A stretch of 64,000 nucleotides of DNA from the human T2T-CHM13v2.0 reference genome, Homo sapiens: the NCBI RefSeq assembly GCF_009914755.1, contig NC_060941.1; one strand, written 5' to 3'. The notes beneath the pieces were generated by a model. The model made no database searches, was not told the DNA's origin, and saw only the letters and a list, made by a program, of their open reading frames with translations. The translations under genes and the position numbers were made by a program. Every line of letters begins with the position of its first letter. Position 1 is the stretch's first letter. Shown piece by piece: positions 35,225-57,245 of the stretch.

Positions 35225-36092
35225 CTGGGCAGCAGAGGGGAGCCGTGAGAGACAGGCTTTCTCTTTGGTAAATGTGTTTCCTGCCCTCTTTCTTTCCCCA
35301 CTGGTCTCTGCACTGCCCAGATGTCAGCCCCAGAGAAATGAAAGCATGCAGCCTCAAGATTTCACCACCCTGCTTCCATTATAATTGTCTTTTTTTTTTT
35401 TTTTGAGGCGGAGTCTCGCTCTGTCATCCAGGCTGGAGTGCAGTGGCGCAATCTTGGTTCACTCCAACTTCTGCCTCCTTAGTTCAAGCGATTCTCCCAC
35501 CTCAGCCTCCCAAGTAGCTGGGATTACAGGCGCGTGCCACCACACCCGGCTAATTTTTGTATTTTTAGTAGAGACGGGGTTTCGCCATGTTGGCCAGGAT
35601 GGTCTCAAACTCCTGATCTCAGGTCATCTGCCTGCCTCAGCCTCCCAAAGTGCTGGGATTACCACCAGGTGTGCTGCCACACCTGGCCTGTAATTGTCTT
35701 TTCTATCCAGACATGGGAATAGCACACCTCTGACTGTGTGGCAGAGGCTGTGCTACATAAGCATTGGGTGTTCATGACTCCATTTAGGCCTTACCACAAC
35801 GCTGTGGACTTGGTACTGTTAGTATCCCCATTTTACAAATGAAGAGACTGAGGCTCAGTGAGGCTATGTATCTTGCTCTTGACCACACAGCTGGTGAGTA
35901 GCAGTGCTGGAAATGGAACCCAGCTCTGTCTCGGTCCAGGAATTATACCACTGAATTCTACTCCTGCTGGAGTAAGAAAGTAAGGCCCCTAGAGAGAAGG
36001 GGCCTACCCATCCAGTGCATCAAACAGAAAGCTGCCAGCAGCTGCCAGGAAGTATTCAAACACGTTAACAGGCAGGCACTGCACTGTGTTGA

Positions 36093-36410
<318 letters not shown>

Positions 36411-36583
36411 TGATCCACCCGCCTTGGACTCCCAAAGTGCTGGGATTACAGGTGTGAGCCACAGGAACCGACCATTATAATCTCTATTTCACAAGTTGGG
36501 GAACCAAGGCTCAGAAAGGTTACATGACAGTCTTATATCACACGCCTGCCTTGGAGACCCTTCAGCCCTGGTGCCCTCCTCAC

Positions 36584-36731
36584 CTCAGTGTTGGAGTAGT
36601 ATGTGTTCCAGATAAAGCTCAGAGCCTCAGGTCTCACTATGTCCCACATGAAGAAGTGGGTCTTCGGCAGAATGATCTCCTCCACGTTGCTGCCAATGGT
36701 GGGACACATATGGACCACCTCATTGGTCAAG
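36584..36731 (-). CDS. ARL5C: ARL5C exon 3 (148 nt): (F)[49 protein letters not shown]
   Basis: ccccag|C and GAG|gtgagg; switch I PTIGSNVE retained, switch II degenerate. Confidence 0.96.
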
Positions 36732-37218
36732 CTGGGGAGGTAGGAGTGGGCACCAAGAGCTCAGTCCAGCCTACTCCCAACTCTGGCCCCCAAATGCTCT
36801 ACTCCCAAAGCAGTCTGAATCTAACTCAGAACAAGTCCACCCAGGTTCACCAAACACCTGCTCGGAGCCAGGCCCCGTGCTGGGCCCTGGGGAATGAAGA
36901 CAGGAGTGAGACTAAGCCCTGCCCTGGCTTGGACCCCAGAGAAGGGAAACATCTTAGAGGAGGCTCCTCAAACTTTATCTCTTTTTTTCTTTTTATAGAA
37001 ACAGGGTCTCACTGTGTTGCCCAGGCTTACCTTGAACTCCTGACCTTGGGCTCCTGTCAAGAGATCCTCCTGCCTTGGCCTCCCAAAGTGCTGGGATTAC
37101 AGGCATGAGCCACAGAGCCCAGCCTCCTCAAACTTTAATATGCAGTTGAATGACCTGAGAGTTTTGTCAAAATGCAGATTCTGACCCAGTGAGTCTGGGC
37201 AGGGGTCCAGGCTTTTGC

Positions 37219-37219
<1 letters not shown>

Positions 37220-37272
<53 letters not shown>

Positions 37273-37309
37273 CTCTTTCTTTCCTTCTCTCTCTCTCTTT
37301 CTTTCTTTC
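37220..37309. repeat. (TTTC)n/(TC)n microsatellite (Alu tail)
   Basis: Directly visible. Confidence 0.93.
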
Positions 37310-37552
37310 ACAGAGTCTCACTCTGTCGCCCAGTCTGGAGTGTAGGTACGATCATGTCTCCCAGGTTCAAGCAATTCTCCCGCCTCGGCCTCCTGAGTAG
37401 CTGGGATTACAGGAGCACACCCCCACGCCAGGCTTATTTTTGTATTTTTGTAGAAACGGGGTTTCGCCATGTTGGCTGGGCGAGTCTCGAACTCCTGACC
37501 TCAAGTGATCCATCCACCTTGGACTCCCAAAGTGCTGGGATTACAGGCATGA

Positions 37553-37822
<270 letters not shown>

Positions 37823-38955
37823 TAGTAGAGATGGGGTTTCGCCATGTTGGCCAGGCTGGTCTCGAACTCCTGTCCTCAGGTAGATCCACCCACTTCAGCC
37901 TCTCAAAGTGCTGGGATTACAGGCGTGAGCCACCTTGCTCAGCCCTTTGTTGTTGTTGTTGTTGTTGTTGTTGTATTTTTAGTAGAGACGAGGTTTCACC
38001 ATGTTGGCCAGGCTGCTCTTGAACTCCTGATCTCAGGTGATCCGCCCGCCTCGGCCTCCCAAAGTGCTGCGATTACAGGCACTTTGAGAGCAACAGCGCC
38101 CGGCCATGGTTTTGCATTCCTAATAAGCTTTCAGGTGATGCCTGTGTGACTGGTCTGTAGACCACACTTTGAGGAGCAAGAGTTTAGAAAAATGAGACAG
38201 ACACAGTGAGGGACATCAGAGAGGTGCTTTGTTTAAAGTGACATAGAAAATATACACATGCTTTTATATGTAAATAATGCTTCTGAAAAGTTACGCAAAG
38301 TTACAATAGGAGGAAAACTAGGAGCCAGAGGCAAGAAGGAAACTTACTTTTCACCGTGTATTCCTCCATTGTTTGAAATTTTCCTTTATAATTTTTTAAA
38401 ATCATTACATGTATTACTTTTTCATGGAAAAGCTTCTCCTAAGTAAAGTACTTTGGAGGCTGTAAAATGGGAGAGGTGCCATCCAGAGAGCGAATATCGG
38501 GGAAAGCTGCGATCGGTATTTACTCAGCACCACCCATATGTGCCAGGCTTGCTAGACCAGGAGCTACAGAGCCTCAGTGAGCCTTTGGGTTTGAAGAAGG
38601 GGAAGAAAGTTAACTGGCAGAGGGGACAGGGGTGAGAAAGGAGGGACCTGCCGCTAGAGGGAGCGAAGAGCAGGGAGGCAGTTTGGGACACTTGGCAGGC
38701 CTGGAGCTGGGTTTGGCAGGGCCCCCGGGAAGATGGAGGAAAGCAGTGGGAGCTAGGGTTGCCTGTACGGTGCAGGATTTGAATGCCAGACCGAGGAGCC
38801 GCAGTACTAGGAAGGTCCAAGCAGCGTGCCCAATCGCTCCTCCGGACTACAGAGGAGCCCGGGAACCCAGGGAAGAGCTCCAGTGATTGGTCCCCCTGCC
38901 TGTCAGTCTGGTGGGAGGCCCAGCTCTCTACCCTCCCCGCCCGAGAGTCACTTAC

Positions 38956-39016
38956 AACCGGTAGAGAATGGTGGTCTTTCCTTCATTGTCCAGTCCCACG
39001 ATGATGACCGTGTGCT
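38956..39016 (-). CDS. ARL5C: ARL5C exon 2 (61 nt): (E)HTVIIVGLDNEGKTTILYR(F)
   Basis: cttccag|AG and CGGTT|gtaagt; P-loop GLDNEGKT. Confidence 0.96.
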
Positions 39017-39591
39017 CTGGAAGCGTCGGAGGAAGGGCAGCGTCAGGGCCAAACCCGAAGACCAAGGGACTGTGTGCCCCCACCAGACCTCCCAGGAAGG
39101 AGATAGCGCTCCCCGCAGGCTGGGGACCTCTGCCCACCGTACCGCGTCTGCTTCCCACCCAGCTCCGACACCTGCCCCACTCCGGGACGGTGGAAAAGAC
39201 AGCTGAGCCCCCACCTCCCTTCACATTCCAGAAAAGTGTCTGAAAGGCCCGGGGCGCTTCGGGGCTTGCCAAGAGACGGTGTTTAGAGAAAGAGCATAAC
39301 GCGAAGTCACAATCGCAGGAAACTCGCAGCAGCCCCCCATCCCCGCCGCTGGCTCCGTTTAGCGGGGAGAAAGGAGGGTCGCCCAGCTTTGCGTCCTGGG
39401 GCGCACCGAAGCGCCGGGACCCAAGAGGAGCAGGCAGGGACGGGGGCAGGGGAGGCCGCGGGGCAGTCGAGGAGCGCCCATATACGACCCTCGGAGCCCG
39501 AGGTCCCCCCGTGCGTCCGACCACAGATCAGAGGAGTCCCAGAAGAGGGCGAGATCAAAGCGCTCGCTTGGATGCCCTGTGCGCCCCTTAC

Positions 39592-39637
39592 CCTGGTTCC
39601 CGAAGATGCTCATTAACTTGGCGATCAGCTGTCCCAT
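39592..39637 (-). CDS. ARL5C: ARL5C exon 1 coding part (46 nt): MGQLIAKLMSIFGNQ(E), Gly2 myristoylation site and amphipathic helix
   Basis: gccATGG Kozak at 39637; donor CAGG|gtaagg. Confidence 0.96.
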
Positions 39638-41935
39638 GGCACTTCCCGGGCCGGACAGGTGCAGGAGGGCTCAGCGGCCTCAGGAGCGGAGTCGGCCCTG
39701 GTATTCGGAGCTCCGCTCCCCCGGGAGGGTCTGGCAGATTTTGCCTACGAAGTTAGGGAAGCCCCACACGTCACCAACCTGACCTGGGAACCCTCTGGGA
39801 CGCTGGCCCTTCGTGGGCACTATGGACACCCCAGTGACTAAGGGCTGCCTGTCCCGGGCCCAAGAGGTGCAAGGAATATGGGGGTTCCAGGCTCCAGCCC
39901 TCCCCCTCGCCCTGCGAAAACTCCTGAGTTCTCCGGGTGGACTGCTCCACTACCGCAAATCAGGGGAGACTCAGCACTGCGCGCGGAACCGGATCCCAGC
40001 TCTCCCTCCTCTGAGTGCCATGTCTAGGGCACTAGACTGAAGCAAAACCCCAGGCGACCCACTTTCTGTACCTACCAGCTGTGTAGTACAGACAGGGCTC
40101 ACCGATCCTCTCTGAGCTGGGAGAATATTCCAACCCTCCACAGATGTGCAGTTGGTTCACTAGCGTGGGTCTTGTGGGCCCACTCAAATTGCATTCCCCT
40201 GGGGAAGGGCAGGGTCTCCCCTTGATGCTTGGCAACTTCTAGGATAAATCAGTACTCCTACAATTCACGGACAAACCTACTGCCCAGGCACAGCTTCCTG
40301 ATCCCCAAAAGTGGGCGCCTGAAGACAAGGATGGAGCATGAAGAGAGATCCTCCGGCTGGAGACCCTGCAGAGAGGCCCCAGATACCTGGCAGAGGAGTA
40401 CATGGGCCAACAGAGAACCAGGAGGCCAGGCCTGAGGAGGGAATGGAAGGTGGAGTTTCCTGCTGTTGCTTGTGAATTTCTTTCTTTGCTTAAGCTGGGG
40501 GGAAAAAAACAAAAAATCAGATAACAAAAGGAGAAGTCCAAAAGGCAACGTGCCCTCAGGCTGCAGGAATGGTTAGCAGGAGATCCAGCCAACACACCAG
40601 GGAGCCAGCTCCTTCCACCCGACTGTACTGCCTTCCTGCAGCCTCCACTAAGGTAACAACCCTCCATTAAGGTAACAACTTTCTAACTGGTCTCCCTGCA
40701 TCTTCCTCTCCTTTCCCAAGGCATCCTCTCCATGGCCCCTATTAACCTTCCTAAAGCACAGCTCAGGGTCTGTAACTCCCCCAGCTCATAGATCTTCAAT
40801 GGCTCCCTATTGCTCACTGGATTCAGATCAGTCTCCACTTGACATTCAAGAGCTTCCACGAACAGCCCCCACCTGCCTTCACAGGTTTATCTCCCAGGCT
40901 CTGTATCTACTGGTTCCTGCCTATACATGCCTGGCTCTTTCTGATGGTGCCTTTGCTTCTGCATTTCCTCCTTGAGTGCCTTTCACCTTCTCAGAAAGGA
41001 GAATGCCTGAGACCCATTAGCTGCCCTGCCATAAAAGCCACCTGCTTCCCCAGCCCTGACTTGGTTCTCCAGCCACATGGGGCTTCTCCCTACACTGGGC
41101 TTATAGACGGGCAAGTCTGTTTCCTCCCATCAACTGTGAGTACCAGGGTGGGATTCATATATTGTTAACCAGCATATGACCTCCCCCGCCAGCCCAATCA
41201 CTCCCTGCCTGGTCCAGAACCCTGCACACAGGAGGAATGTGTTGCTGTCAGACTGATGTAGAATGAGTTAAGCTACAGCCTGAGAAATGGCACTTGGAGT
41301 ATTAAAAAAGGAATGTGAACACAAGTTTAAGAGGATTGAGGAAGGCTGGGAAGTTTGCGGGAAGAAGAAGGAAAATAGCTGACTAAATACAGACTTTCAT
41401 CCCACCCTGCTTGGTGCCCAGAGTTAGAAGGATAGAGTTGACTGCCAGAGCCCATCTGGGCTGATTGCATTTCAGCCTTAGGAGAGAAGGAGCCAAGTCT
41501 GGGGCTGGGGGGTGGGGCACCAAGGGTGCTGAGGGAAGCAGCAGTGTCTTAAGCATTTTACCATCTGTTTCCTGGGGTTAGTGGGATGCGGGGAGGAACA
41601 TCTTAGTGCATGCTGCCCTCCCCACCTCCTCTTTGCAGAATTGAAAGTAACACTCTGCAAGCTGGAAACACATTCAGTAAACAGACAAGGAGAGGGCATC
41701 TCTCTGAGCATACTCTGGCTCTGGAAGCTGCCTGATTAAAAAAAATAATAATTAAAAGAGAAAAGAAGAAAAAAAAAAGAAAAGAAAATAGAAAAACAGA
41801 CGAGAAGATCTGCCTCCACTTTGAGGCCCAGGACCTGGATCTTAAGAAGCATTCATTCGTTCATTCATTCATTTGACAAATATGAGCCAGGAAATACATG
41901 AAGTAGACAAAACAGACCTAGTCCAGGTGTTTATG

Positions 41936-41967
<32 letters not shown>

Positions 41968-42370
41968 TGAGACAGAACCTTGCTCTGTCACCCAGGCTGG
42001 AGTCCAGTGGCAGGATCGCGGCTCACTGCAGCCTCAACCTCCCAGGCTCAAGTGATCCTCCCACCTCAGCTTCCTGAGTAGCTGGGAGTAGAGGTGAAAG
42101 CCACCACTCCCAGCTATTTTTTTTTTTTTTTTTTTTTTGTAGAGATGGGCTTCGCCATTGGTCTCCAACTCCTGGACTCAAACAATCTCCCGCCTCAGCC
42201 TCCCAAAGTGCTGGGATTACAGGTATGAGCCACTGCTCCCATTCCCAGTCTGGGTCTTTATGGAGCTTGTGGTCTAGAGAGAGAGACAGATACACACACA
42301 CACACCCCTCTGAGAGACAGTAGGAAGGCCTGATTTAGAAAGAAAGCAAGGCACCCTTCTCTGAAGAAAA

Positions 42371-43302
<932 letters not shown>

Positions 43303-43744
43303 AAAAGATTATTGGAGCTAAGACAAAATTTTTCTCTAAGATACTGAACTGGGACAGCCCCTTGTCCCTGGACCATGGTGGCCTCAGCCTAGTTCTCTTT
43401 AGTGTAGAACAGTGGAAACCTTAAGCCACATGTAGGACCTGGGCCTCTCCCACATCACCTCATTCTGGGACAGAACCCACTGCAAAAACAGGAGCAGCTA
43501 GTCAGGGAAGGAAACAAAGGGTCCCAGGTAGCAGAAGTCCCCAGTCCCTCAGTTCCTGCCTGGTCTCAGCTGACTTCATGGTTGTCGAAATCCTCACACA
43601 TGGACAACCACTAACTTGCTGATGGTGTAGCCAGAGTTAATTGAGAGCTTCTGATTACCAAGAAACAAGAATCTGCCCCCATCTCTCGCTATCTCCAAGC
43701 CAGCTAGAAATGCCTTTCCTGCAAGTTCCAGGCAAATGCAATTT

Positions 43745-45830
<2,086 letters not shown>

Positions 45831-46613
45831 CATCTAACTGCTAGATCTCTCTGGCCTCTTTGCCTCCCTTCCAGTCCCACTGCTGTGGCGTAAGGCAAAC
45901 CCTCCTTTCGCACCTGGATTATCACAGCTGTTTCTAAGCTAGGCCTTCCAATCTATGCGCCAAACTGCAAACAAAGCAATCTTGCTAATTGCTTACAATC
46001 CTTCCATTTCTGCATACGAGCTTCAGGACAAAGCCCAAACTCCTTAACATGACTCAAGGCCCACTGTGACCTGCTCCTGCCAATTCACCTTGAGAGCACA
46101 CTTTGGTGGTGAGGTGCCAAGAATATGTCATGCATGTCCCCTGCTTTCTCTGCCTTGAACACTTTCCCCATTTGTCTGCTAACCATGCTTCCAGATTCTA
46201 CTCAAGCCTCACCTCTGCCAGGAAGCCTCAGCTGACCTCCCCAGGTTATGGGACTAACCCCTCTTTCAGGTTCCCACAGTACCCAATGCTCCCACAGTAC
46301 CCAGTGCTCCCACAGCAGAGAGCACATTATGCTGTGCTGAAATAATCTATGGCCCCTACGTAGACTTGTGCCTGGTACATAGGAGGTGCTCAATAAACAT
46401 TTGTTCAAGGAAGAAACACAGGAATGAATGATTCTGTAGGAAGGCAGTGGGAAATGCACTATGCTGGGAGGCAGAGACTAGGCTCTCATCAACTTTGCCA
46501 TTGGCTCCCCCAGGGAACTGGGGTCAGCCACTTGACCTCTGGGCCTGCCCAGTTTCCCTTTCCTTTGATCCACTAACTCCTCATCTGTAGGGTCTTGGGG
46601 GATGTCTTTTGCC

Positions 46614-46615
<2 letters not shown>

Positions 46616-46657
<42 letters not shown>
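46616..46657. repeat. (CA)n microsatellite, about 20 units
   Basis: Directly visible. Confidence 0.95.
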
Positions 46658-46661
<4 letters not shown>

Positions 46662-46804
46662 TCATGTTGGGCCTCAGCACTCAGGTAGCGGACTCAGGAA
46701 TTTTAGTCCTCCACGGCGACCAGCACAAAAAACAAGAACCAGGGTGGGCACAGTGGTTCATGCCTGTAATCCCAGCACTTTGGGAGGCCAAGGTGGGTGG
46801 ATCA

Positions 46805-47164
<360 letters not shown>

Positions 47165-47324
47165 TCAGTCTGGGACTGGCAGAATCCCTGATTTTCTCTG
47201 ACCTGCCCCCACAAGTAGTCTGCCTCCCTGTCCCCAAAGCTGGTTAGCAGGAACGAGGGGGGCATTAGTGGAGCCAGAAGCTCAGCCCCTCCCTCTCCTG
47301 AGGTGTTGGGGCACAGTGATGCCA

Positions 47325-49069
47325 CAAGAGCAGAAAAACAGTCATGTGTATTTAAGACATTGCACCAGTGGGTCTGGATCTCACCCACTGAGCAACATTG
47401 AGCTTCCCATTGCCTTTGGCTCTACTTGTGGAGAGACAGGTAAGTGAAGGGGCTCAGGGCCAGTGTGGAGCTGGGACTGCCCAAGCAGCTCCTGGCTTGG
47501 GCACAATACATCAGAGGGCCAAAATCAAAGGATCATCTTTTCTTTTGAGTCAATGACTCAGGGCACAACATCTTCAGGCACCCACCCTTTCAACTCCCCG
47601 TGCATATCAGCAGCTCCCAGGTGCCTACGCTGACGACTATGTGGCGAGGACAAAGAAGCAGGCTTGGGAGGCAGCCACAAAGGACAGGACAGTGGTTTTA
47701 TATATGGCAAAATACTTCTCCTAGGGGAGTACAGACAAATATAGACAGACAGATGGGGGCACAGGACACCAGACAGGGAGGGGGGAAGGGAGGGCAGTGG
47801 TGTCTTCTAATCAGTAAGTGGAAGCTGCACCCCACCCCCAGGTGGAGGGTGGGACATTGGCACAGGAGGTGGCGAGACAGGCATGAGGTGCCCATCCCTG
47901 AGGCGGGCAGCCGGGCAGGCCCCAGTCCTTGTTGGCACACTCGGCTCTCTCTGGCCCAGCTGGGATGCTGGGGAGGGGCAGGGTTGCTGGGCTACAGGGA
48001 TGCCAAGGCAAAGGGATGCCCCAGGGGAGAGGGGGTACCAAGGCCTCTCCTGGGGGAAGTGAACATGGGTAACAAACAGAATCACGAGAGGCAAATACAG
48101 AGCAGCAACAGCAGCAGCCAAGCCCCCCAGAGGAGATCCGAGGTCCCAAGGCAACCCCTGGGCACCATCCCACGGGTCCTCTCCCCTGGGGCCTCAGGGT
48201 GAGGGTGAAGGAGCAGTTTTTTGGTTTAAAATGAGGCGGACCAGAGTGTTCCATGGGCTCCACACCCAGGTGGCACAGGGATGGGGGGCTCAGATGCAGA
48301 GGGGCCCCCTCTACTAATGGCAGCAGGCAAGGGATGTTGGAGGCCAAGCTCATTCCTGGGGTAGGCAAAGGCTGAGGCATGGAGGTGGGGGGTGGGGAGC
48401 AGCGTCTCGGCCGCTCACTCCTCAGGGTTCTGGGCCCTGGACGTTGCCATGGCCACGGAGGGTAGAGGGTGCTGTATGCCTGCCAGCTTCCACCCAGAAC
48501 CCTCCCCAAGACAAGCTCCCCATGGGGTGTCCATGCTATGGCTTTCACCGACCAGACGATGCTGCCAGGAAGCTGGGAGGAAGGGGCAGGCAGGGTGAGG
48601 GACCTTGGATCTGGGGTCTGGGGAAGAGAGCCCCCATGGGAAAGAATCTGTGGCCTCCCTTTCCAGGAAAAGCGCCCAGCCCTTCCCCAGTACTGCAGCT
48701 TGGGAGAAGGAGAGCCATCCCACTTAGGACCGTCACTTAGGGCCCCGAGTAGAAAGAGTTAAGGAAGTGCACCTTTTCTCTAGGAGGGTGAGGGAGGAGA
48801 GCCCCTTAAGATGGGAGAAAGGGGACACTTCAGAAAGGTGGGTATCCCCCATCCATCCACAACAGGCAGGTAAAAACCGACAGCTGGGGCTTAAGGGCCT
48901 CCCGGGAGCTGGGATGGTAACACCAAAGAAACCCCAAGCTTTGAGCAAAGGCATCTGAAAGGAGGGAGACAGCGCCCCCTGGAGGCGAATACATGTCAGG
49001 TGTGAGCCCCTCGCTCCCTCCCCTCCCCTGGGCTCAGAGCCCTTCCTCCCGCCGTGTGGCCCCTGCCTC
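47325..49069 (-). other. CACNB1: CACNB1 (beta1b) 3'UTR; 3' end approximate
   Basis: Repeat-free stretch after the stop codon; candidate variant poly(A) signal AATACA at 47347-47352 (minus strand). Confidence 0.6.
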
Positions 49070-49534
49070 TCAGCGAATGTAGACGCCTCGTCCCCAGCCC
49101 TCCAGCTCATTCTTGTTGCGCCCCAAAACTGGACCCCCACCCTCAGCGCAGTAGCGGGCCTTATTCCGGCCCCGGTTCCGGTTGTCGGTCAGCTCTTCCT
49201 CATAGTCTTCTTCCTCGTCCTCCCAGGATCCCTGTCGGGCTGGGGGCGTGCCGCCCCCTGCAGGGTCTCCAAGCCCTGGCCCCTCTGAGGGGTCAGTCTC
49301 CATGTCCACACATGAGTCTCCCAGCTCCGTGTAGGCAGAGTTTCGGCTGCCGGGGGTGTCGGCATCAAAAGTGTCTTGGCGGGACAGTGCCCGTAGCGTG
49401 CCTGCCCGGCCTGGTGGGTGGCTGCTGGGGTAAAGGCCTGGGGGCTGGCCCAGCTCCCCTGGGTACTCGTGCATGCTGGCGTGCTCCCCGGTGGCCCGTT
49501 CCAGTGGCTGGTCCCCGGAAGCAAGGTAGGGTCC
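49070..49534 (-). CDS. CACNB1: CACNB1 terminal exon 14 (beta1b C-terminus GPYLASGDQ...GWGRGVYIR*)
   Basis: aaccag|GGA; 465 nt including TGA; matches the known beta1b tail. Confidence 0.96.
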   Translation of the reverse strand, partial: GPYLASGDQPLERATGEHASMHEYPGELGQPPGLYPSSHPPGRAGTLRALSRQDTFDADTPGSRNSAYTELGDSCVDMETDPSEGPGLGDPAGGGTPPARQGSWEDEEEDYEEELTDNRNRGRNKARYCAEGGGPVLGRNKNELEGWGRGVYIR

Positions 49535-51121
49535 CTGGTTAGCAGACGGACAGCACACACCATGCAGATCAGGCAGGGGTGAGAAAAACACAACAAAGCA
49601 AGGCAAGTTAGTGACAGCATTAAGAGGTCCGGCCTGGATGAAGAGGGTGCTGGCTCTAGAGGAGGGGCCCCGGGGACAAACGGCTCTGGAGCCCAGCCAG
49701 AGGACAGACCTCAGGGCATTTGCTCCTCTCTCGGGACAGGGGGCACCCGACCTTCAACAGATGTGAGGACATATGAACTCTCAGGGCAACTATGGCCAAC
49801 AGCCGTGAGCCATGAGTCACCGCTTCCTCAGTGCAGGTCATTAATGCTATCTTGGGGCTAACTGTCATTAACAGCTCAGTATTGCCACTCATTAGCGGTT
49901 GATTCGGTTAGTCATTGCCTTTGGTTTTCCAAATATATTAACGGGATTTCAGCTCAAACCTGCTGACCCTGGCTTCTTCGACCCACACCAAACCCCAATC
50001 TCAGGCTTCCAGAACCCCATGCTTCTCCCACCATTCCCTAGTCGGATGACACCATCTCCAAGGCTGATGGGATTCCTCCCTTGCCCCCAACAAGCACTCA
50101 AAGCAGCAAGCTGGGGAAGGCTGCTGGGTCTCCCCCTCCTACTGAAGATGAAGAGGTGGCCCAGTGTCCTTATCATCAAATGTCACGTGGAGGTGGGGCA
50201 CAAGAGGGGTTCCAGTCCCTCCCCTGCCATGTCAAGCTGTGTGACCCTAAGCAAACAGTTCCCCTCTCTGTGGCCTCATTTCTTGGTTGTAATGTGATGG
50301 GGGTTAGACCTGAGTAGCAGTTTCCAAACTGTTACCTAGAGATCTGGGGTGGCATTGGGTGGGAAGGGCACAGAAGTGCTTCAGGGGTCCCCATGGAGGT
50401 GGAGGGGAGGCCATTCCCCTGGCTCCCTCAGGGCAGAGCAAGGATGCATTATCTAACATCCTCAGCTTCCACGTAAGATTCATTGAACAAATGGGCTCTG
50501 TTGCTGAAAACAAATTTGAAAGCTACAGTCTAGAATGATTTCATGGGTTTCTTCTGGCTCTTAAGACCTTATACTTAATGGTGTGCCATCAAGAGGTGGG
50601 CTGTGGCTCCCATGGGAGGAGGGCAAGGCAGGATGGGTCTCCCATGGGAGGTCCTTTCCTGGACTTTAACTGGGAGAATGGTGGAAGGTTCAGCATCAAG
50701 TCATAGAAGATGCCACATTCTTGGTCCCTCTTGAGGGGCCTTGTGGAGTCAGGGCTCCAGGGAGGGAGAGTCCAGGTTTAACGTAGGTTTCCCTGGCTCT
50801 GAAGGCCCCTGCTCTGTTGGGTCTAAAAAGGGTGTGGAGTCCAGCGAATCAGTTTATCAGTCTTCCTCGCATGTCCTTCCTAGTCCCTTGTCTTAAAAGC
50901 GCTCCCATCAGGCCTCATATCCAGCGGGCAGCAGATGCGCTCCTATGGCACCAGGCCCAGGAAGACAGCACCAGAAGCCCCAGACCCATCAAAAACCACA
51001 GACACCAGAAGCTGCCGCTCATCTTATTTTTTTACAAAATAAAGCTCTTCCCTTCCTCCTCCATGTTCCCTGCACTCCAGTTCCGACCCCAGAGCAGGAG
51101 GGAAGACGGGCAGGGCGCCCA

Positions 51122-51226
51122 CTACATGGCATGTTCCTGCTCCTGGGGCACCACACTGCCCCGCTGTGAGGACTCCAGCCCGCCCCAGAAGCCGAGGTTT
51201 CTCCTGAGCGAGGTGAGCACCTGTAC
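51122..51226 (-). CDS. CACNB1: CACNB1 exon 13 extension (beta1a/beta1c C-terminus [34 protein letters not shown])
   Basis: In-frame read-through of the internal donor CAG|gtacag to TAG at 51124-51122. Confidence 0.93.
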   Translation of the reverse strand, partial: VQVLTSLRRNLGFWGGLESSQRGSVVPQEQEHAM

Positions 51227-51412
51227 CTGGAGGTTGGAGACAGGGGCAGGGCTGGCAGCCAGGGCTGCGGTAGCCATGGTGCGGTTCAGCAGCGGATTGG
51301 GTGGCGTGCTGCTGGGCGGGTGTGTGGCCTTCCAATAGGCTTCCAAGTACTCCGCCAGATGCTCGCAGGCATCCTCCAATTGGTTCTCATCCAGGATGAT
51401 GTCAAACATTTC
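51227..51412 (-). CDS. CACNB1: CACNB1 exon 13 (186 nt): [31 protein letters not shown]...PVSNLQ
   Basis: cacag|GAA; end of the GK domain. Confidence 0.97.
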
Positions 51413-51860
51413 CTGTGAAGGCGGGGTTAGGGGGCAGGGCTGGGATGAGTGGGGCATGGCCAAGGGGGTTGAGGGTGTGGCCTGGGTGCAGTGGGTAGAG
51501 TCAAGGGATTGAAGGACAAGGTTAAAAAGAGGCCTCTGGATGTAGAAGGGAAGGAGAGCTCTCAGATCTACAGATTGGCAGAACTGCAAGAAGTTTTGGC
51601 ACTCAGTCCAACTCCCTCATTCTAGAGATAAGGCAACCAAGGCTGGGAGACAGGGCTTGACTCTCCACGCAGAAGGGTGCTTCTGGGGCTTGAACCCAGT
51701 CTTTGACTGACGGGACCTGCGCTCTTCCCAGAAGACCAGTCTGCACCCACAGGCCTGACCCAGGTGTTCCTGGTCACCCTGTCTCTCATGTAGGCCAGAG
51801 GAAACCAGGACAACCCAAATGTTCTCCCTCCATTCCCTTCCCTGGGATCTAGGCACTCAC

Positions 51861-51956
51861 AGGGGGGCACTGTGCCAGCTTTTCCGAGGCCGCTATTTGG
51901 ACATTGAGGTGTTTGGACTGAGACTTTCCTCGGGACTTGATGAGCCTTTGAAGTAC
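51861..51956 (-). CDS. CACNB1: CACNB1 exon 12 (96 nt): [32 protein letters not shown]
   Basis: ccag|GTA and CCT|gtgagt. Confidence 0.97.
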
Positions 51957-52249
51957 CTGGTTTGGGGAGAGAGAAAAGGAAGAGGAGCTAGAGGGACTCA
52001 GGCAATGCACCCAGTCAGAGAGGCGGGTCCTGGTTGGATCAGCATGGAGAGCCAGTGTCAAGACCCTTGAATGCTCCATAACTCTCAGCCCTGGGCACCT
52101 CTGCAGAAAGGACCTCAGCAGCCCTGTGTCTACCCTATGCAAAGCTCAGGCTCTCTCCTGGTGTTATGCCAGCCTTCCTTAGGGGCTATATGAAGGGCAG
52201 TGATTCTCCTTCTCAACTTCTCTAACATTGTTTGTAGGCCCGCCCACTC

Positions 52250-57245
<4,996 letters not shown>

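Larger units (their letters stand above)
38780..39800 (-). promoter_or_regulatory. ARL5C: ARL5C CpG-rich promoter/exon 1-2 region
   Basis: Locally high CpG density around exons 1-2. Confidence 0.65.

Noticed and set aside
38648-38668. CTCF-like sequence ccgctagaggggagc in ARL5C intron 2
   Set aside because: Lacks the conserved C of the GGC core; too weak to call without ChIP data.
40642-40679. 19-bp tandem duplication cctcca(c/t)taaggtaacaac upstream of ARL5C
   Set aside because: Only two copies and no convincing full factor motif.
46272-46315. 18-bp tandem duplication tcccacagtaccca(a/g)tgc
   Set aside because: Simple slippage inside an L2-like remnant; no recognisable motif.
47600-48548. 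200-aa (+) and 245-aa (-) ORFs
   Set aside because: They lie in the GC-rich CACNB1 3'UTR, with no recognisable domain or splice structure.
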